A stretch of DNA of 64,000 nt from the NCBI RefSeq assembly GCF_009914755.1, contig NC_060926.1. One strand, given 5' to 3'. Shown piece by piece: positions 12,374 through 25,700 of the stretch. Each line of letters begins with the position of its first letter. Position 1 is the stretch's first letter. The notes under the pieces were generated by a model that worked only from the letters and a program-made list of their open reading frames with translations, had not been told where the DNA came from and did not search any database. This stretch comes from the human T2T-CHM13v2.0 reference genome, Homo sapiens. Both the position numbers and the translations under genes were made by a program.

Positions 12374-14009
12374 ATGGGAACTTTAGTAGACGTGGCTCCT
12401 TCTCTCAAAATAGCAATTTACCTCCTCCAGGGTAGGTTTAGAACATCTTGTCAGTGTTTAATTTCACAACTCTACTTCCTAGTAGAGTAAATGGCACCTT
12501 TAAAAAAAAAAGTAAGAGTTTAATTTTTTACTTCAAGCTCTTAAGAATTTCACAATACCTCTTTCAAGGTCACTCTGGAGACCTCGCAGCATCTCACACA
12601 GGAGTTGGGCAGTCGCCATGGCTAGAAGTGCATGGCCTCCTGTGCTTCCAAAGGGCAGACCCCACGTGGGGGAACACTGGCAGGGCTGGGCAAGATTTGG
12701 GCTTCTCCCCTCCCTCTCCAGCAATCTTGCCCTGATACTACCCTTCCTCTACCACAACAGCCACGCCTACAGAGCAGGCTTCTGAAAAACCACAATCAGG
12801 CACACTTGTCAATACATAAAAGCAAAACAGCACTGGTGACGTTCATCAAATTCACTGAGAGCTGCTGGAATACCATGGCTGTGGGCAACAGCAGCAAATG
12901 ACACAGAAAGGTGCATTAATGAGCTCAGGCAAGAGGAAAGAAGGCATGTCATGGGACCCCAGAGCTTCGATTTCAGAAAACCAAAGACTTGGCCTTTTAA
13001 CTGAGTTTGGCTGGAATCTGAGATCACCTGCTCCCCATTTGTAACTGGAAACCTTTCCATAAAGAGCCAATTACTTGACATTAAAGTCCCCGATTTTAAA
13101 GGACTTTGAAACCAACACCACATAAGTGCTTGCATAAACAAAATGTCAGCTTGTGATATTCTGGCTCATGTCTTTTCTTTCAAGCACTGCCCCGTTCTTC
13201 CTATCAGCTGCTGGGTCTTCACAGGACTCTAGGAACTCAATCCCTGCCCTGTGGAAGGCTTGCCCTCTGCACCCCAGGTTGCTCTCAAAGGACCCCCTCT
13301 GGGAACGATGTCTGTGTCCCTGTCCAGCCGTGTCAGCAGCCCAGTGATTGGGACTGGGGACTGCTTCTCCTTTCCTCACCAGCAGTGAGCTGGCCCTCAG
13401 CAAAGACTAAGAGCAAATAAGGCAAAGACTGGCACCTGGCCCGTAGTTCTCAGGCTCCCAAAGGCTGTGAGTCCTGCCGTGTGGCAGAATCCTCACTACT
13501 AGTGGTGCCAGTTCAGCAGGCCCTGAGATTCTAAGCTGACTCTCAGGAGCACAGACACCCCTGCAGCAAGGAGACCCACCCCTCCCCAACTCCTGGCTCC
13601 TGTAGTCCAGGATCACTTGCTACTTCTCCCCAAACCATTTCAGATCCAGCCACAGATGACCATGGCGCTGCCCTCCCTCTCCCATGTCTGGCCACTCTGT
13701 CTCCAGCCTGGCTCTACAGGAACACTGACCTCCCTGGGTTCAAGCCCGAAACAAACTCCTCTGCACATGGCTGCTGCTGCATGGTGCTGCAGCCCCCAGG
13801 GATGCCACAGCTCTCTGCTCCTTGCTGACAATACCTCCACCACCCTCTTCTGGGATCCCTTTCTTCCCACCACTGGCTATGAAATGCCATTGTTAACCTC
13901 CTCCACATTCCCCACCCCCTGGAAAGACAGTGGTCACAGAATAGAAAGAACACAGGAACTGGGGTTGACGAGCATGAATATGGGCCACAGCCCCACCCCT
14001 GAGGGGCTT

Positions 14010-14250
14010 GACACAGGCTTTAGAGCCACACCCAGCCATCTGAGTCCAAATCCTAGCTCCACCCCTCTCTAGCTGTGACTTAGGACAAACTTCTCAACCT
14101 CTCTGGAACTTGGCTGACTCATCTGTAAAATGGGATGATAAAAGCAACTCTTATAGGGCTACTGTGAGGATGAACTAAGCTAATAAATGTAAAGTGCTCA
14201 GAGCCTAGCCTGGCATGGTGAATGTTCATATATGTTACCTATAATTATTA
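14010..14250. mobile_element. MIR
   Basis: agctgtgacttaggacaaacttctcaacctctctg...catctgtaaaatgggatgata. Confidence 0.75.
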
Positions 14251-14681
14251 TTCATTATTATCATCACCCTCATGTCAGTGACAGTTCATCCACCACCCCT
14301 CATCAGACTGATGCAATGATAAGATGGTATTTGGATTATAAAAAGTGTCCTATAAATTATAAAAGTAACAAAAAGTGTATTAGCTGTTGCTATTTCTGCC
14401 TCAAAACCTCCTAAGTCCTGCCCATTTTAAGGGTTTAGCTTTACTGAAGAAGAACAGAGTGGAGACATTAAATAAGAATAAAAATATGGAAAGTTCATGA
14501 ATTTCTGTACCTCTGGACTCTAGAAATGGCTATGACCACATACTATATACTACTTACCTCCATTTGAATGTCCCACAGGCTCTATGATATGCATAGGTAC
14601 AAAACCAAATTTATGTATTTACTGCCTTTGAGTGGAGGGAAAATTGGAGGCAGACCAACACGTGCCTATGTGAGCTCATAC

Positions 14682-14928
14682 ACAGGGTCTCACTCTGTTG
14701 CCCAGTCTAAAGTGCAGTAATAAGATTCACTGAAGTGATCCTCTCACCTTAGCCTCCCCAGTAGCTGGGACCACAGCCACACCTGCCTGGCTAATTTTAT
14801 TTTTTTTTTGTAGAGACAGTGTATCACTCTGTTGCCCAGGCTGATCTCAGACTCTTGGACTAAAGCGATCCTCCCACTTCAGCCTCCTAAATTGCTGAAA
14901 TTATAGGCATAAGCCACTGTGCCTGGCC
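14682..14928 (-). mobile_element. Degraded AluJ
   Basis: Reverse Alu with an internal deletion. Confidence 0.82.
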
Positions 14929-15699
14929 TTAAAGCTGAATTTATCAGCTCCCTCCCAACCCACAATAACCCCTAAGCCTGCTCACCATCTATATCCCCTT
15001 GGTCCACTAACAGGGCCTTCATCCATCCAGAATGCCACCAATTACCCTTTGCCCTGCTCATCCATTAAATCATCCAAGTTCCATCAATTCTACCTCCCCA
15101 TCTACCCTGGACTCAGTCCCAATGCTCTGCTCCCACTGCCTGCCCTGCCCATCATCTTTGGCCCAGTACTGGGGGGCTTCCTAAGGATGTCCCTGCCTCT
15201 ACTCCTATACCTGCAAGTTCCACTCATGGCTAGTTTTCCAAGGCGCAACTTTAATTAGGTCATTTAAAGTCCTCCAAAGGCATCCCATCACCCACAGCTG
15301 CAACATTGAACTTTTGGCTCATAAACCCCATTGTTATCTGATGAATATCATCATGGACCCTCTCCACAGAAAAATGCACACATGCCTAAAGTTTTACATA
15401 CAAGGCCAGGTGGTAGAGGAACACCTGGCAGCCTTCTACTAACCCCAGGACAAGAAGTCCTGATCCACAAGATATAGTCCCGTTTCATGAGCTCGCATTG
15501 GCACGTGTTGGTATGGCTCCAATTTTCCCTCCACTTTCATTTTTGGCTGCCTCCCACCTTATACCCGAGGCTCAGCCACTATGAATGCAGATCTTCCAAC
15601 ACTGCACATCCTTTCATGAGTTCCCACTCCCTTCAAGCCTACAACCCCTTGAAATGCAGAAAACTGTGCTGTTCATTTTTGTATCCCTAGGACCTACAG

Positions 15700-16187
15700 C
15701 TAGGTCCCCAAACAGTGCTCCCCAAAGATGTTCACAACCTAATCCCCAGATCCTGTGAATATATTGCCTTACAAGGCAAAAAGAACTTTGCAGGTTTGAT
15801 TAAGCTAAGGATCCTGAGATGACGAGATTAGCCCATATTTTCCAGGTGGACCCAACATAATCACAGGGACCTTATAAGGGAAACAGCAAGGTAGGAGAGT
15901 GGAAGAAGGAGATGTGACAATGGAAGCAGAAATTGGAGTGATGTAATTGCTGGGTGGAGAGAGCCCACGAGCTGAGGAATGCAGGCAGCCTCTAGAAACT
16001 GGAAAGGCAAGAAAGCAGATTCTCCCCAAAGCCTATGGAAAAACACGGTCCTGCCAACACCTTAACTTTAGCCTACTGAGGCTGATCTTGGACTTCTGTC
16101 CTTCAGAACTGTCAGATAATAACTTTGTGCGGTTTTAAGCCACTAAGTTTGTGGTCATTTGTCACAGCAGCAATAAGAAACTAATAC
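15700..16187 (+). mobile_element. MLT1C/D LTR
   Basis: ccccaaagatgttcacaacctaatccc...gccactaagtttgtggtcatttgtcacagcagcaataagaaactaataca. Confidence 0.85.
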
Positions 16188-16592
16188 AAATTACTATACG
16201 GAATCAGAATGTTGTACATTTTCATTCCATAACTGTTTAGAATTCTAAAACTGTCTCCTGAGCATCCACAAATAGCAGACTGGTTCCATATATTATGGTG
16301 CATATGTACAATGAAGTACCTCACTGCTATCAAGAAGGAAAAAGTGGCTATTGGTCTATTCCTCATTTATGTGAACAAACACATACTTTTGTCAAGGGTA
16401 TAAATTCTCCCATATCTGAGAGTATACTTTCTGTACATAAATCACATCATACTATACACACTGCTCTCTAACCTGCCTTTTGCACTTAACACATTACATC
16501 ACAGGTATCAGCCCAGCTTTATAAAAAGTATCTCACACTCATCTCTGGAGGGTAGGATGTGAACGTTGTCAAAATCAAAATAGAGTCATTAA

Positions 16593-16909
16593 TTTTTTTT
16601 TTTTTTTTTTTTTTGAGACAGAGTATCGCTCTGTCACCAGGCTGGAGTGCAGTAGCACAATCTCAGCTCACTGAAACTCCCGCCTCCCGGGTTCAAGAGA
16701 TTCCCCTGCCTCAGCCTCCCAAGTAGCTGGGACTACAGGCGCGCGCGCGCGCGCGCGCGCGCTACCATATCTGGCTAATTTTTTGTATTTTAGTGGAGAA
16801 GGGGTTTCACCATGTTGGCCAGGCTGGTCTCAATCTCCTGACTTCGTGATCCGCCCCCGTCGGCCTCCCAAAGTGCTGGGATTACAGGCGTGAGCCACTG
16901 CGCCTTGCC
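16593..16909 (-). mobile_element. Alu (AluS) carrying an expanded (GC)12 tract
   Basis: Reverse Alu dimer with poly-T at 16593-16614. Confidence 0.92.
16739..16762. repeat. (GC)12 dinucleotide microsatellite
   Basis: gactacag-(gc)12-taccat read directly from the sequence. Confidence 0.97.
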
Positions 16910-18335
16910 GACTAATGTTTAAAAAAAAACAAAACCTGACAAATAGAGCCAAAGAAGGCCATGAAGAGAGGGTTCTCATGCTTGTCTGCCTAATAACAAA
17001 AATGATCACAAACGACTGCAAAAACCACAATCTTGCGCAAAGGCCCTCACAACCTTACATTAAAAATACCTCTGCAAGGACATCTACCCAGCAACTGCCT
17101 ATCCAACCTCAGACTGGCACTACCCTTGTTATTGATCTTTGTAGCCAAAGCTACTTATCTCAAAACAATTATGTCACCCTCTTCATGTTCCTTTAAAAAA
17201 CCTTTGTGTTCCTTCACCTCCCTGAATACGTACATAATTTGCTATGGCAAGTGTACTCCCATGGCAAAGCTCATTTCCGAGTAAATATCTTTTTCATTTA
17301 GAGAGCCTCTCTCTCTGTTTCTTATTCAGGTTGACAGGATTAAGCATCACTTTTACTTTTTATGTACTGATTGAATTTTACAATATGTATTATCGAAAAG
17401 AAACACATGAATGTTTCCATTTTGGGGAAGGATCCATTCTCAGGAAAGTTTCCTGTTAAAATTTCATTTTGATCATTACAGAAGGAAAAAATACACACCA
17501 AATATTAGTAAACTATAATAAAACACTCAGATCATGCAGTGACTTTTCCTTTTAATAAAAAATAATCAACAAGTGAAAGAAATCTAAACCATGTAGGCAT
17601 AAGGAGAATTTATATCTGGGTTTAAACTTTAGCCACTTGTATCGCCTGAGGTTTTTCAAAACCTTTATTATTTCCACAATTTCCAGTGTGCCTGACCATC
17701 TAATGACTAATCTCACTCAGAGATGTTGACAAAGTAACACACGGGAACAGCAGTAAGATATGTGGCAATGATTTCTCAAGGGACCGATATGCTCAGCTCA
17801 TAATATGAGAAGGATATGAATAATTCAGATATTCCCTGTCTGAAAAAAAAATGACTTTTAGATATCTAAGCCTAAATCAGATTGAATAAATTAAAGAAGA
17901 TGAATAAGAAGTAAGGTGGATTCTGTTGCTTAGCTTCACAAGTTACTGTTGCAAATTTCATCCAGAGCTCCCAACAGGGCAGCCTCCAGTGAAACAGCAG
18001 CACTAATGAACAAATCCGGTCCCAGGATTTAGGAATCAAATTTTTCTTTCTCAAAAGCAGAAAGGCCATGCAAAAGCAATCACTGATGATTAGCAGACTA
18101 TCCACAGAGCATAACTCCCCCAAAACAGGAGGCCCTTCAGGTCAGCACCCCAACCCTAAATAGACATGTTAGCTAGCCAGATGCTTCCTGGTGGAGGGAA
18201 TGTGAGCCTAGCAGATTTCACAGTCAGCCCTCCTGAGCACCCCACCCCACATCAAGACAGTTCTCCTAAGCTCAGCTCTTAATTCAATTGCCTGGAGTAA
18301 AACTGACCTGCGACATAAGGTACAACAGAATGGGG

Positions 18336-18533
18336 CCAGTGGCATGATGGTCAATGTTTCACTGGCTCTCTGGGAGGAAAAAAGGCCCCGACTTGCAGCA
18401 TTTGCCAATTTCTATGGTGTAAATACACTCTCCCCATTGCCAATTTCAAGCTACCAACTTGACGTCAATTAGCTTGCAAAATACTGAAAATGTAACCATC
18501 AGCTCTTGTGAGCCAGCCCACTCCAGTGCACTA
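18336..18533. mobile_element. MER63-like hAT-Blackjack element
   Basis: ccagtggcatgatgg...gcaaaatactgaaaatgtaaccatcagctcttgtgagccagc. Confidence 0.6.
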
Positions 18534-18729
18534 TTGAGTAGCCCTCCATCCTTTCTCAGAAATATAAAAAATAATCTTCAGAGGCCTGAATCTCCACTCA
18601 TTCCTATGGGTAAAGTGTTGTTTCTTACATGTCTGTTCTCTCTTTAAGGGACATGCCCTTCCAATGGGTGATACACTGGCTGCATTGTTTAGTACTGCAG
18701 TAGATATAGATATATATATAAATATTCAT

Positions 18730-19050
18730 ATTTTTTAACATCTTTATTGATATACAATTTATGAACCATACAATTCACTGATTTCCAGTGTACAATTCAA
18801 TGGTTTTTAGTGTATTCAGAACTGTACAACCATCAGCAGACTTAATTTTAGAACATTTTCATCACTCCTCTGCCCCAAAACATTCTTCTTGTCCTTGGAA
18901 GTCCTTGGAAGTGACCTCTCACGGTCCCTCAACAGCCCCAGTCCTAGGCGATCATTAGTCTACTTTCTGCCTCTATACATTTACCTATTCTGGATATTTC
19001 ACATAAATAGAATCAAGACTTCACATAAATGGAATCAATATCATACAATA
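18730..19050 (-). mobile_element. L1M (L1MB-like) 3' fragment
   Basis: agtgtacaattcaatggtttttagtgtattcaga...ctattctggatatttcacataaat. Confidence 0.75.
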
Positions 19051-22000
19051 TCATACATATACATCTAAACATAAAAATATTTGAGACGAACAGACCTTAA
19101 TGGATAAGCACCATAGGAGCCAGTGCTAAATGAGAAAATTAACTACCCTCATGATTATCTTGTAGAACCAACTGATAAACCACCATAAATAGGGCAGGAA
19201 AAAAATACAAGAGTCTGTACTGATGCTTTCTGTCAGCAGCTTTTCTTCTACAGTTCTCTGCAGAAGACATTTTAACCAGATGCAGCCCACCCGAGAGAGA
19301 GAGATAAAACACTATGAAAATGTCCACACTCCCTGAGTGTAACTTGTGATGCTCCAAATCAAAGCAGGTCAGCTTCCGGCGACCCTGCTCTTCTCGCTTC
19401 CTTCCGCAGACCTCGTGGCTTTGGCGTGCAGAGAATTATGGCTTTGAAGAGGTTTCAGACCCTCACGTTGGGACGGAGGCTGCAGAGCAGTGAGGCCCGC
19501 TGGCCTGCGACATGGAGCTATTTTTAAAGGCGTCTCTGAAGTGTCAGCAACTGATCTTGCCAGACCCCCTCCCTCAGAACCAAATCCCACTCCTTATAAG
19601 AGAAAGACTACAGAAAAAAGCTTATGCAATCCACACACGAAAAGGCATGGAGAAGACAAAAATAAAAGTGGCAGTGGCCTTTTGAATCATAAAGAAACTA
19701 CTGGCTTTCAATATAGTTGGATTTTTTTTAAGCCAAGCCATGTATTGCTTTTATAAGCAAAAGAAAAAAGTTAAATTCCTCTTGCGGGGAGCAGGGGGAA
19801 GGTACTTTCTGTCTCTGAAAAGTCTTTTTGTAATAAAGTCACCCAAGACCAGCAGTGTATAAAAACTCTATCTATAATATGACCATAGCTATACGTTTCT
19901 TAAAATGGATTAAGATTGTAGGAATGAACAAAAAATATTAAAATGGCTGTCCCTGAGATACAGAAGAGTAGAGGATTATTTCCCATTTTTTCCAAAATGA
20001 TGTGTTACTTCTATAATATTATTTTGTAGTAATTAACTCTGTAATCTTTGTCTTCTTAAATAAATGTACCCCTGTGTCAACAGTTCCTAATGAAATGGGC
20101 AGCAGTTCTTCCAATGTCATTGGATACATAGGACCGACCTAATGAGGCCATGAGTTCTCCACATACAGTTTGACAGTAAGGAGAGACTCTGGCCAGGAGA
20201 CACCCCTCCACGTTCCAGTAAGCCCACCCGCAGCCAAGCACAAAAAACGAAGGCGTGCCAGCAATGCCCAACACAACCTGCAGTGCACTCTTTGTCCTGG
20301 TTTCTTTCCGGTCTCAGGGAAGCAGATCGACCCTAGCTAATTGATTCTGCTGCTTCTGCTCCAGAACGTCCATTTTCCTGGACTGCACTGGGCTATTTAA
20401 AGTCGTTTTTATCACATCTGCTCCATTTCTGAGTCCAGCTGCAAACACCCACGGGTAAAGGGAGCCACAGAGTGACTGCAGGAACTCCGAGGCTTTACAT
20501 CCGAGGGGTGCGAGCGCCAGGACAGGGAGCAATCTCACTGTGTAAATCCAGGCAGATGGCTGTTGAGCCTCAAGGTCAAAGCAGTGGCAGTACGCCCTGT
20601 CTCATTCTCAAGCCCGTGGAAACACGTGAATCTGTTATTCTCATTGGCTGCCTTTTCAGACTTTAGGGTTGCAAATGGTCTCAGAAAAGAAAAACAGGAA
20701 AAGGCTTTTGTCTTTCTGTAAATAAAATACAATTGTAGGGACTTTCCCAGTTTACATATAAATCCTCCCACCAGGATGAGGAAAGGACTGTGCCATCTCC
20801 ACCTTCTCCTTCCACATATCCGCTGAGAGGGAGGCTGAAGGTCAGAGCAGAGGCCCTGGAATCTTCAGACCTGGGCTCAAGGCCCGTCTCTGCTACTCAT
20901 AAGCTGTGTCAGCCTGGGGAGTCCTTTCCCATTCCCCAGGTCGACTGGGCTGCAAGTACCAAAAGCAATAGCAAGCCCTGGCACATTTGTATTATTTTTC
21001 CAAGCACAAAGCAGGTGATCAATAAATGTCTGCAGAATAAATTAATCATCTCAAGTTATTGGTTTTTCATTGCTTTAAAATTTGAATTTTTATAAAGCTA
21101 TTTTGTTCTAACTTCAAGTGGATAAGCTACACTTTAATGAGGCTCCTGTATGTGAGAACAGCTATTAATTCAACTGCTGAATGTCAGTCTTTCACCAAGC
21201 AGAAAATCTCTTCCAATATCTACCTATGTGTATGAAAATAATGGATTTGTCCACAGAGGTGACAATCAACATATTTAACAACGAGCAGAGCTCTGGCCCC
21301 TGTCAGGCATAAGGCACAGTGTCTGTCCCTGGCCTAGGGAAGGTCCCAGAGACCAGGCCAGGCCTCAGCCCTTTCAGCTGCTGGCTGATAGGGACATCCA
21401 GAGGATCTGGGGTGGGGGACACAAGGATGGAGGTAAGGGGCTTGGGCAGTGGCTGATTACCAAGTGGTGTTTTAACAATCAGCGGAGCCATGCTGGGGCG
21501 CACTCACTGAACAGCAGCCCTGCGGTTCATGAATATGTGTACATGACTATACATATATGTCTGGCCTCATGTGTTTGTTCCATGACTCTAGGACAAACTC
21601 ATGCACGTTACATCATGCATCATAAGATCAGGAAAGATTTCCTTCCATGAAAACAAGACTGGCATTTCAAGTAGGTGACAGATATATGTCATGGCCTTGC
21701 CTAGGCCACCCACTTCAATCATTTTCACACCTGCCTGGCCCCTGTGAGAATTTACACTTAGAACAATTCACCAGAGTGATAGAAGTGAGCGACGCAGTGC
21801 TCTGGGTTGGAAGGAAGAGCACTTTGTAAGTAAGTGCTTGCAAAAAGGTAAGATGCATTCAGGAGCTTCCCAGGAGCTTTCGAAGACATTTTATTTGATT
21901 CTTACACCTAATCCTGGAAAGGACTTAAGATAGGGATAACTAAACCCATTCTACAAATGACCAAAGAGACGCAGAGATACTCAATCTTACACAAGGTAAC

Positions 22001-22634
22001 AAAGCTAGTAAGAGGTGCCCTGCCTAGAAACATCCCAGACCTTCGTCGCCAGCTCCCACCACCACCCCACAGCTGAATTATGGGGAGGTGATGAGCTCAC
22101 CCACAAGGTCCCCGCCCACCCTGCCCAGATACTCAGCCATGACTTCCTTCTCTAACCACACCGGCTTCCCCAGCAACCCTAATGACTCCACCCTATACCT
22201 GCCAGAATAAACGTATTTTAAGTTGTTCTGTAAGTGCTAATTCCAACAAAAATACCAAGGAATCCAGGCATACAGAAGGCTCAGAAAATACAGGCAACCT
22301 GAGTTTCCATGGCTCTGGGCCAGGTGGCATGATGGCTGAGAAAGTCAGGCTGCTAAGGCAAGACCCTGACTGTTCAGAAGCCTGTTAACTACGTAAATGG
22401 CTGCATGAGAAAAGAAGTTTTTCTACATAATGTTTTGGAGCAAAAAATCTTAAATGAGGTCTTAAGAGAATTTTTCATTGTTTTCTAAATAATTAATTAC
22501 TATTTTCATGAAATTTTCATTTTAAATAAATATTTACCCTCAAGGGATAGATAAAAGGATTAAATTAAAAGACTAAAATCAAAGAAAGGATTTAACACAC
22601 AAAAATGAGACCTATAAAAAAAAAAGCTCTGTAT

Positions 22635-22720
22635 GGAGGCTGTAGTGAGGCGAGATCGCACCACTGTACTCCAACCTGGGCTACAGAGCTAGACCCTGTC
22701 TCAAAAACAAACAAAAAAAC
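22635..22720 (+). mobile_element. Alu 3' fragment
   Basis: gaggctgtagtgaggcgagatcgcaccactgtactcc...gtctcaaaaac. Confidence 0.85.
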
Positions 22721-24310
22721 GAACCTTTAAAGTTACTGGTCAAACTTGACTAAATGTCCACCTCTCACAAATCTTTCACTTTCTTATTAACTAAATCATC
22801 AAAACCTGTAATTTTCCTCTAGTGTTATATCCCCAAGGGCTCATTATGGACCACATTAATGCGCAAGGTTCTCTCAGTTCTTCTGACAGCTACTTTGTAT
22901 GTTGGGCAGTTACCCACTCCCTGGCCAGGTCAAAGGAGTAGGGACGGCCCCCATCCCTGCTCAGAGTCTCAGAAAGTTTGGGACAGACAGGGTTTATAAT
23001 GAGGACATGTTGAGAAAGGCTGGACTGTGGCACTGGAGCCAGAGAGGGGTTCAAGCCCAGCTTCGCCACGTGTCAGCTGTGATCATGGGCAAGTTACTAA
23101 CCTCTCCATACCTCCATTTCTCTGTGGAGTTGTCATGAGAATTACACAAAAACACATGAAGAGCTTAGTTTGCCTGGCACACAGTAAGCGTAAAGATGAG
23201 CTTCTCAACCTCTGGAAACTATTGGAATAAAAGTAGTTCAATAGCACACATTCAATAATCCAGGATGGAGCCGCCACCCATCTTTATAACCACTTGGATC
23301 AACTGCCTGAGATTCTTGGGTCATTCAAGGGTGCCTTAATAGTTCCCATCATTTCCCAAGTCATCCTCTTCCCTCCATCCAACTTATACTGCCGGCTCAT
23401 AGAAGCCTCTCCTTTCTCCAAATGTCCAACACAGCCACCCAGCAGTGCACCCCACTGCAAAGGGTCACCATGGCCATCTCTGACAGGCACGTCTGGTCAT
23501 GCCTCTCTCCAGTCTGACCTCCTTTGGTGACCCCGATGGGTACTGATAGAGTCTCAGTTCCATGCCGGGAAGGCTGGCTATGCATTACCTGCCTCCTACC
23601 CTCTTCTCCAGCTCAGCCTCACAGCTCTTCCCACACAAACCGCATTCCAGTGTCCCGGTCAAGCTCAGCCAACCACTGGCAATTGCCCAGATGCAAAGGC
23701 CTTTGAAGAACTCTGCCTTCTTGCCCCACAGCGTACACACACAAAACCTCTTTCTCTCTACCCCCCACTCTTTCTCTTTCTCTCTCTTTCTGCCCCAACC
23801 CCCTACATCCCATGCAAACAGGAATAGAAGCCTCCGTCTGTAAGTCCTACCACTCAGCTTCTATAAGTCACACAGGTTATCATGCCTTCTTTTAGCAGAG
23901 CATCACCTCCAGGAGACAGTATACTCTTGGTTTACAAATCATCCCACACTGCATTCCTCCTGATGACCCTGGTTCCCAGCACATGGCAACTTCAATCAGG
24001 GTGTGTGGAATGGACAAATAAACAGGTCACCAACAAGCACCTTCTTCAAGAAACAAAACAGCCTGATGCCCACCTACTGCCAATTTAGTTTTCACATACC
24101 CCAAAGCACCTTGGAAGTAGGCATATTTTCACAAATGTACATTTAGAACCCAGATTCAAAGGAAACTTCTAAAACAATTGGCTTGGGGGAGGGGGACACA
24201 CATTACACACAGCAGAAATCTTACTACAGCAAACACGCAATTAAGAGATGCCTAAGAAAACAAATACAGAATCTGCATTCAATTAACCCAAAGGATCCTA
24301 CGTAGTCTTT

Positions 24311-24511
24311 CAGCCTTTCTCAATTGGGATGCCTCATCTGACCTACAGAGCACAGAAAATGACTGGTGTGAGTTTTCTCAATTCTCCCAGGCATGGTACA
24401 TGGCTACTGCTATTCTTGATGCATGGGACTGCAGTTAATCCATCACATACAACACTCTTCTCAGGGTATTAGAGCTTACATCTCTTGCAGAACCCAGGTT
24501 GAGAAAGGCTG
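24311..24511. mobile_element. MER105-like hAT-Charlie MITE
   Basis: Perfect 13-bp terminal inverted repeats CAGCCTTTCTCAA / TTGAGAAAGGCTG; 201 bp long. Confidence 0.8.
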
Positions 24512-24830
24512 AGGGAGGGGGATTTTCTCATACATTTTTATTCACTTTCCCTTATCACTTCACAAAGCTGCAACTTCTCTTCTTGTTTGGGGAGAGGCCA
24601 AGAACACACACAGGTCATGCTCAGCTTATTTTGCAGGGTCAAAGCTGTGTCTCAGTCTGCTGACCATTTCTTGTGTCAGCAGCATCCTCAGTAAACTGAG
24701 GTGAGTAGGGGCCATCCCTTTATACGGAAAGAAAACTAATGAGAAAGTAGGCCCAAGTCTACAGCACCACAGGCTAAGAGCGTGAAGAGCCTTGGGAGAG
24801 TTCTTCATTCTCACACTTACAAATATAATT

Positions 24831-25700
24831 AAAACAACGAGCTACCACAACACACCTATTAGAATGACCAAAATCCAGAATACTGTCAACACCAAACACT
24901 GATGAATAGGTGGAGCGACAGGAACCCTCATTCATTACTGCCGGGAATACAAAATGGTGCAGCCACTTTGGAGGACAGTTTGGCAGTTTCTCACTCTTAC
25001 CAAAAATTGTGCTCCTTGGTATCTACCCAAAAGAGTTGAAAATTTATGTCCATACAAAAACCTGCACACAGATGTTTATAGCAGCTTTATTCACACTTGC
25101 CAAAAACCTGGAAGCAACCAAGATGTCCTTCAGTAGATGAGTGGATAAACTTTGCTACATCCAGGCAATGGAATGTTACTCAGTGCCAAAAGGAAATGAG
25201 CTATCAAGCCAGGAAAAGACACGGAGGAACCGTAAACGCATATTGCAAAGAGAAAGAAGCCAAACTGAAAAGGCTACATACTGTATGATTTCAACTGTAT
25301 GACATTCTGGAAAAGACAAAACTATAGAAACAGGTTACCTAAAGGGAGGAGAAGATGAATAGGTGAAAGATGGGATTTTTAGGAGAGTGAAGATACTCTA
25401 CATGATACTATAATGGTGGATACATGTCATTGTACATTTGTTCAAACCCACAGAATGTACAACACCAAGAGTGAGCCCTAATGTAAATAATGGACTTTGG
25501 GTGATAATGATGTGTCTGTGTAGGTTCATCAAGTGTAACAAATGCACCACTCTGGTGGGATCTATTGATAACGGGGGGAAGCTATGTGTTTATGGGGGCA
25601 GAGTATATGGAATATCTCTGTACCTTCCTCTCACATTTGCTGTGAACCTAAAACTGCTCTAAAAAAGTCTTTAATTTAAAAAAAAAAAAAAGAAAAGAAA
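24831..25700 (+). mobile_element. L1MC1-like 3' end (ORF2 C-terminus plus 3' UTR and A tail)
   Basis: Frameshifted ORF2 remnants (MFIAALFT, WKQPRCPSVDEWIN), L1MC-type 3' UTR and poly-A. Confidence 0.87.

Larger units (their letters stand above)
16558..17336 (+). mobile_element. ERV1 solo LTR (MER67-like) interrupted by an Alu
   Basis: TGTGAACGTTGTCAAAATCAAAA...GTTGACA termini with aggat at both junctions. The subfamily name is tentative. Confidence 0.65.

Noticed and set aside
12612-12625. RFX X-box-like GTCGCCATGGCTAG
   Set aside because: Three mismatches to the palindromic consensus and no supporting context.
24910-25662. ORFs resembling a reverse-transcriptase protein C-terminus
   Set aside because: Frameshifted L1 ORF2 and 3' UTR fossil, not a functional gene.
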